Of a DNA stretch of 64,000 nucleotides, positions 58,780-64,000 are shown piece by piece. The notes beneath the pieces are model-generated. The model made no database searches. It had not been told where the DNA came from and was given only the letters and a program-made list of their open reading frames with translations. Location: positions 12,653 to 76,652 of the forward strand of contig SVLC01000002.1 in the NCBI GenBank assembly GCA_015068155.1. Direction: 5' to 3'. The position numbers were made by a program, and so were the translations under genes. Origin of the DNA: Oscillospiraceae bacterium. Lineage in GTDB: Bacteria > Bacillota > Clostridia > Oscillospirales > Oscillospiraceae. The first letter of the stretch is position 1, and each line of letters starts with the position of its first letter.

Positions 58780-60582
58780 GTGCAACGACTCGTACCGAGC
58801 AAGGATGCTGTAATATCCTGCCTGTGCGAGTCGTTCGTTTGTTATTGAGCGCTGTAACACCGGACTCCCTGCCACGTTCCAGTAGGCTTTCACATAACCC
58901 CACTTATGGGCATAGTATTTCGGTATGCCCAACTTCATGAGGTTGCGGATTCTCGCTTTTGGGACTTTCCACTGTTTCCAGATGTAAACACGAAGTCTCC
59001 TTCTCAGCCACTCATCCCATCTGTGCATCGTTGTCTTCATGCTCGCTATCCCGAAGTAGCCCAGCCATCCCCGGATGTAGACCTTTACATTCTCCATCAC
59101 TTTCCGGACATTTCTGCCCTGACTGCGGGAAGTCAGTTCTTTCAGTTTGGCCTTGGCTTTCTTCAAGGACTTTGCGTGTACTCGAATGTAGACTCCATCC
59201 TTTCCCTTCCCTAGCGCAAAGCCCAGAAACTTAAAATTTCGGATGCTGTACACGCTGACTACTTTGCTCTTCTCCACATTCATCTTGAGCTTTAGTTTTC
59301 CCTCAAGATATCGCTGTGTACTCTCCAGTAGCCGCTGTGCCGCTCTCGGACTCTTCGCTAGTACCACAATGTCATCTGCGTACCGGATAACCGGCACTCC
59401 TCTGCTTGCCATCTCTTTGTCGTATTCGTTCAAGTAGATATTCGCAAGCAGTGGGGATAGCGGGCCGCCCTGGGGGCTTCCCTCTGTGGTCTTGACAAGC
59501 AATCCGTTCTCCATGACTCCCGCTTTCAGATACCTCTTAATGAGTTCTATCACTCGTTTGTCATGGATGTTCTTCCTAAGCAGATTCATCAGTAGTTCAT
59601 GATTCAGTGTGTCAAAGTATTTAGACAGGTCCACCAGTACCGCACTGGTATACCCCTGTTCCGCATACCACTTTACTTTCTGAATCGCCTGCTGTGCGCT
59701 TCTGTTTGGACGATAGCCATAGCTATCGTCCGAGAACAGCGGTTCGTAGATTGGAACCAGTTGCTGTGCGATTGCCTGTTGGATAATGCGGTCTATGACT
59801 GTTGGGATTCCCAACTTTCTTACACCACCATCCGGCTTTGGGATCTCTTTCCGGCGCACCGGCTGGGGTTTATACTTCCCCTGTCGGATACTTTCCAGAA
59901 GTTCTTCCCGGTGTTCTCTCAACCAGGGTAACGCATCTTCAATGGTCATTCCATCAATTCCGGGCGCTCCCTTGTTGGCTCTCACCCGCTTGTAGGCTCT
60001 GTTCAGATTGTCTCTGCTCAGTATCCTCTCAAGCAGGTCTGCACCGTCCTGTTCTCCGACTTCCTGACCGCCAACACTCTGCGCTCCCGCATATTCTTCG
60101 TGTTCCGCACTATCCTTCTGAGGGCAGCTCCGGTCTTCCGGATATTCTGCTTTCATCATGTTGACCTCCTTCGTTCGTTTAATAAGGACTAACGATTGTT
60201 CGGCCCTTCCCGAGTTTTTTTCCCCCGGTACTATGGCCTCTGCTGACTTCTCACAGTTCGTTGTTACTACGCATTTTTTTTTCGAATACGTCTACTGAAT
60301 GCGCCTGTGAGACCTCCCCGGGTACTCACACATTCTTTCCCCTCTTTACCTGCCATATTTACCGCAAACGATTCCGTACAGTTATTGGACTTTGACTTAC
60401 TGTGGAGTCTTATCCTCGTCTGGGGCCTTATATATGGTTTCTGTTCGTCAGGCCAGAGTTTTGCCGCCGTCTTTCTTCAGATTCCACCTCACGATGGACA
60501 CCCTTGACTTAGGCTATATCCTTCCCACTGCCGGGCGGATTTGGGACTTTCACCCTTTAGAATGTGCGCTCACCGGGCGCAC
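58700..60582 (-). mobile_element. Group II intron, class C (IIC), apparently complete (1883 nt)
   Basis: 5' end GTGCGCCCGG at 60582. The 3' end has domain V (GAACCGCCGTGTACGGAACCGTACGCACGGTGGTGTG) and domain VI ending CTACTCGAT at 58700. It is inserted 7 nt after a terminator stem. Confidence 0.95.
58768..60159 (-). CDS. ltrA: Group II intron reverse transcriptase/maturase (no endonuclease domain)
   Basis: NKGAPGIDG, RKLGIPTVIDR, PQGGPLSPLLANIYL, RYADD, FLGF, and maturase X domain GWLGYF. Confidence 0.96.
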   Translation of the reverse strand: MMKAEYPEDRSCPQKDSAEHEEYAGAQSVGGQEVGEQDGADLLERILSRDNLNRAYKRVRANKGAPGIDGMTIEDALPWLREHREELLESIRQGKYKPQPVRRKEIPKPDGGVRKLGIPTVIDRIIQQAIAQQLVPIYEPLFSDDSYGYRPNRSAQQAIQKVKWYAEQGYTSAVLVDLSKYFDTLNHELLMNLLRKNIHDKRVIELIKRYLKAGVMENGLLVKTTEGSPQGGPLSPLLANIYLNEYDKEMASRGVPVIRYADDIVVLAKSPRAAQRLLESTQRYLEGKLKLKMNVEKSKVVSVYSIRNFKFLGFALGKGKDGVYIRVHAKSLKKAKAKLKELTSRSQGRNVRKVMENVKVYIRGWLGYFGIASMKTTMHRWDEWLRRRLRVYIWKQWKVPKARIRNLMKLGIPKYYAHKWGYVKAYWNVAGSPVLQRSITNERLAQAGYYSILARYESLHLCD

Positions 60583-60589
60583 ACAGATA

Positions 60590-60620
60590 AACAGACCGCC
60601 GGAAAATCCGGCGGTCTGTT
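60590..60620. terminator. Bidirectional terminator (target hairpin of the intron)
   Basis: AACAGACCGCCGGA/TCCGGCGGTCTGTT perfect 14-bp stem between convergent operons. Confidence 0.88.
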
Positions 60621-60629
60621 ATTTGTAAT

Positions 60630-61274
60630 TTAGGCTTCCTGCTTTTTATCCTTTTTCAGAACCAACAGAACAACCACAACGGCCAACGCGCCTACAGCGC
60701 CCACAGCCAGCAGCTTGGGCAGCAGATCGTCACCGGTCTGCGGAGGCTTGGGATCATCGGGATCCACGGGAAGTTCTTCAACCTTAAACTGCCATTGCAG
60801 CTGGCCGATGGCATCCTGGAACTGGTTACCCATGGTGATGGGCACGTTCAGGGTCACATCCAGGTCGATCTCGGCGCCGGAATAGAAGGTGCCCAGGTAG
60901 ACCCAATCGGTCAGTTGCGCGGTCTGATCCGCGGGCGCAGCAAAGAGAATGGAATCGCCATCCTGCTTCACCGTCAGGCTCATCTGGCTGAGGAATTCCT
61001 CGGAGCCTTCCACCGCGCCCAGGGATCGGATGTACAGACGGATCTTCACATCGTGGGAGATGTCGTTGATGATGGTCACCTTTTGGGTGAGGTTATCACC
61101 GGGCATGACATTGTGAAAATCCGGGAACAGGTCCGTGGGAGAATGGTCGCTGCCGGGAGCGAAGATGAACTTCTGGGAGGTGCCCTCGTAGGTCACAGTG
61201 CCGGCAGCCAGGCCGTTAACGCCCATGGCGCAGAGCATAGCAAGGAGGACGAAAAAAGTGATGAGTTTTTTCAT
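60630..61274 (-). CDS. Surface protein with a sortase-type sorting signal
   Basis: Signal peptide, [13 protein letters not shown] (TasA/camelysin-like motif), and PPQTGD followed by a TM and basic tail. Confidence 0.8.
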   Translation of the reverse strand: MKKLITFFVLLAMLCAMGVNGLAAGTVTYEGTSQKFIFAPGSDHSPTDLFPDFHNVMPGDNLTQKVTIINDISHDVKIRLYIRSLGAVEGSEEFLSQMSLTVKQDGDSILFAAPADQTAQLTDWVYLGTFYSGAEIDLDVTLNVPITMGNQFQDAIGQLQWQFKVEELPVDPDDPKPPQTGDDLLPKLLAVGAVGALAVVVVLLVLKKDKKQEA

Positions 61275-61277
61275 AAC

Positions 61278-61859
61278 TTAACCTCCTTGGTTCGAACCCT
61301 GGGTCTTTGCCTTTGCCCAGGCTTCCTGTGCAGAGGTTGCGCCCATGCCATCTGCCTGGATGGCGGATGCAACGATCTCGATGGAGAGATAGTACTGGGT
61401 ATTATCGGTGCCCTTGGGTCCAGTTGTAATGGGAGATGCAGAACTGATCAGAATTCCAGTCGTTGCATCGGGCGCGACTTTCTGCGTGTAATAGTAGTAT
61501 CCGTCTGCGCCCTCTACCCAGCCGGTGTCGCTTGGATAGGTAATGGAATAATCAGTACGTTCAACAGGCTTTTCGGCCCAAACATGCTCTATACCATTCG
61601 AATCGGTGTACTTCCAGGTGATCACCACGGCAACACGGATATAGGCATCCGTGTCGCCGGTGTTCTGGATCTTCACGTTAGACTTGACATTCTTCTCGAA
61701 AGTTTCCACCACGGCGCAGGAGACCTTAGAGGGTTTGAAAGTATTCTCCACGGGGTCAGTATTGGTGAAGATATACGCGAGGGTGGTGCCCACGGCGACG
61801 GTAAGAAGGAGCGCCAATGCCACGAGCACTATGGACTTTTTAGAAATGAACTTTCTCAT
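61278..61859 (-). CDS. SipW-class signal peptide protein
   Basis: LLLTVAVGTTLAYIFT...VENTF signal, IQNTGDTDAYIRV, DGYYYY, SAIQA. Confidence 0.8.
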   Translation of the reverse strand: MRKFISKKSIVLVALALLLTVAVGTTLAYIFTNTDPVENTFKPSKVSCAVVETFEKNVKSNVKIQNTGDTDAYIRVAVVITWKYTDSNGIEHVWAEKPVERTDYSITYPSDTGWVEGADGYYYYTQKVAPDATTGILISSASPITTGPKGTDNTQYYLSIEIVASAIQADGMGATSAQEAWAKAKTQGSNQGG

Positions 61860-61873
61860 GACAGGCTCCTTTC

Positions 61874-64000
61874 TTAATTCTGATTAAAAATGTTGTCGCA
61901 CCAGGCGTCGCCGTCGAGCCACTGGTCCTGTCCACGGGAATTGGTGAAGGTAATCTTGCCATCCAAGCCGAGCTTAATAATCACACCGCGTGTCTCTTGC
62001 TCCTCAATCTCACAATTGGTCACATCTACGCCGTTATACTGATAACGCCAGGACCAGTCGGTTCTTTCCACGATTCTGTAGGTCTTGCCCACGGTCAGGC
62101 CATCGACAATTACCTTCCAATTGGTACCCGCATGAACGGTAACCGTGGTCACCAGGGTGTCGCCATCATAGATGTCGAAGATGAAGGTCTGATTGGGGTC
62201 GATGTCCTTATACGCATCAGCGCCATCCTTCACGATGGTCAGGCTGGTGAGGTCATAGTCGAACTTGGCGTAGTAAGTCGCAGACTCATACAGGCCATCG
62301 CTATTCTTCTGCGGAATAATGGTAGTACCATTCAGCCAACCATCGCCCGTCACAGGCCGCGTGCACTGCTCATCATAGAACCAGCCAATGAACTTATAGC
62401 CCGGGTTGATGGTAACAACAGAACCGCTCACTGTACCCGTCTTGGCCGGAACCTGCACTTCCTGCTGCGGTGTTACATAACCCGCGCCGGCAGGGCCAAT
62501 CGCTTGATAATAAATATCAACCTTTTTCTCCACATAGTAGAAAATCTTGATATTCTTTGTGCCGCCATCCACATCGATCTGAATAGTAATGGTCTGAACA
62601 TTACCGCTAACACAGCTGTATCCAGGAATGACCAACGCATTTTGTCCAATCTGTGCGCCGTAACGGTCTTCGCCAGTCACGGCATCTGCAAGTTCTTTTT
62701 CAGTCCCCTGCTCACGGAATTGGAATTCGTAATCATAAACTTCACGATCGTAGTAAATGATAATTTCCAAGCCGTTTTGGCTAACGGTTCCGGTTACATT
62801 GCTTCCGGATGGGGTTACAGCAGCACCTGCAGCAGTAGCACGAGCAAAGTCAAAGCCTTCAATATTCAAGATCGTTGCGGTATAAGACTGATTGATCACA
62901 CCATTCAAATCCGTAAATTCCTGGTAGATGGTATAGCCATTACCAACGGCATTTTGGGTCATGTGGACTACACGGACAGGCGCATGCACTTCATCCTTGG
63001 TGTAGTAGAAGATAATCTCCGTCAGGCCATCAGCAGTTACAACCTTCGTCTTGGAATAGGCATCAGGCATATAACCTTTAATGTACTCAAAGTTTTCCGT
63101 AACGATAGCGCTTGTGGTGGAAACGACCTTTGCATCAAGCAAGGGCTTATTGGTGCCCTGCTCCAGATATTTTACCGTGTAGGTGACAGAAGGCTGACTC
63201 TCGTATATAAAGGTATACACGTTCTCGCCATCCGCTCTCATTTTAATCACGCAGCTACTCTGTGTAGTGGGATAATAACGAGTCCGGAAGCCTTCATTCA
63301 GTTCTTCACCGTACTTTGCTTCAAAGGTCTTGGATGTACCTGCCAAGGCCTGACCAGTGGTGCTAGGGGCAATCACAGTACCGTCTGCCAACTTGTAATA
63401 TACGGTATAATCAACCAACACATTGGAGCTCCACTTTGCGTACAGTTCCAAATCCTGGGTGACGGGCATAGAGAAGTCGAAAGCTTTTTCTGTGGTGCCA
63501 TCCATGTAGAACCAGCCGACAAAGGTATATACACCATTTTTAGGATCCTCGGGCTTTACGGCTGTATCACGATGATCCACCGTTTGTGTCTGGCCAATCT
63601 GTTGGGTCTTATCGTCCGTCAAATAAAGCTTAACCGTATGTTCCTTGGGTACCCAGCGGGCATAGAGCGTCAGGTCATGGGCGGGCATGGTGGCTTTTAC
63701 AGTGTTACCATCTTCATCGGTAGATGTGAAATTAAATTTTGTATCACCGAAGAAGGGAGATTGATACCAGCCTTCAAAGACATACGCACCAGGTTCCAGT
63801 GTAGCGGGATAATCCGGAACAAAATACTGTCCGGAAATATCAGCCTGATAGACAAAGTCGCCACCCTTGCCGCTTACGATAGTGCCGTAGTTACTGAAAG
63901 TTAAGGTGTGCGTATCTCTTGTGTAATACAAATATGCGGAACCACTCTGTAAACTCTTACCCCAGTCTTCATTTTTAGTATACAACTGTGTAAAACCTGT
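61874..64000 (-). CDS. Large surface protein with InlB B-repeat-like and MucBP-like repeats (5' end outside the window)
   Basis: YVFEGWY...DLTLYARW and YTFVGWF...DLELYAKW repeats, YTVKYLEQGT repeats. The frame is open to the window edge. Confidence 0.85.
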   Translation of the reverse strand, partial: TGFTQLYTKNEDWGKSLQSGSAYLYYTRDTHTLTFSNYGTIVSGKGGDFVYQADISGQYFVPDYPATLEPGAYVFEGWYQSPFFGDTKFNFTSTDEDGNTVKATMPAHDLTLYARWVPKEHTVKLYLTDDKTQQIGQTQTVDHRDTAVKPEDPKNGVYTFVGWFYMDGTTEKAFDFSMPVTQDLELYAKWSSNVLVDYTVYYKLADGTVIAPSTTGQALAGTSKTFEAKYGEELNEGFRTRYYPTTQSSCVIKMRADGENVYTFIYESQPSVTYTVKYLEQGTNKPLLDAKVVSTTSAIVTENFEYIKGYMPDAYSKTKVVTADGLTEIIFYYTKDEVHAPVRVVHMTQNAVGNGYTIYQEFTDLNGVINQSYTATILNIEGFDFARATAAGAAVTPSGSNVTGTVSQNGLEIIIYYDREVYDYEFQFREQGTEKELADAVTGEDRYGAQIGQNALVIPGYSCVSGNVQTITIQIDVDGGTKNIKIFYYVEKKVDIYYQAIGPAGAGYVTPQQEVQVPAKTGTVSGSVVTINPGYKFIGWFYDEQCTRPVTGDGWLNGTTIIPQKNSDGLYESATYYAKFDYDLTSLTIVKDGADAYKDIDPNQTFIFDIYDGDTLVTTVTVHAGTNWKVIVDGLTVGKTYRIVERTDWSWRYQYNGVDVTNCEIEEQETRGVIIKLGLDGKITFTNSRGQDQWLDGDAWCDNIFNQN

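Noticed and set aside
58768-60159. RT as part of a DGR, retron or defence system
   Set aside because: It is a typical group II intron protein (YADD, maturase X) inside complete IIC intron RNA boundaries, and I saw no template/variable repeat pair.

Overview
A mostly housekeeping chromosomal window from a spore-forming clostridial Firmicute; an Oscillospiraceae/Ruminococcaceae-like organism is inferred from gene content. From left to right: holA (partial), comEC, alaS with an Ala T-box, pepF, udp, a repeat-rich intergenic block, polC-ispG-rseP-dxr-cdsA-uppS-frr-pyrH, three AT-rich orphan envelope genes, glnS, an aldo/keto reductase, a Rex paralog, sigE-spoIIGA, rarA, an RHS remnant with an orphan membrane gene, T-box-pheST, ireB, an SH3-NlpC/P60 hydrolase, spoVAD/E, addAB, a degenerate spoIIR-like gene, ispE, DUF1015, DUF378, a divergent Ig-domain protein and atypical Ser/Thr kinase pair, a shikimate operon, a complete class IIC group II intron inserted antisense in the last codons of aroQ, and a SipW/sortase-type surface-protein cluster that runs off the right edge. 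The most notable unexplained signals are: a 38-aa Asn/Gln micro-protein with an RBS and SigF-like promoter after spoVAE; a C-rich segment after ireB that is complementary to the RBS and start codon of the NlpC/P60 gene 400 nt downstream; a three-copy ~60-80 bp direct/inverted repeat module around nested REP-like hairpins; an in-frame-deleted chorismate mutase-(dead PDT)-ACT protein in an operon lacking tyrA; and an internally deleted SpoIIR-like protein. All family assignments come from motif recognition by eye; no database searches were run.
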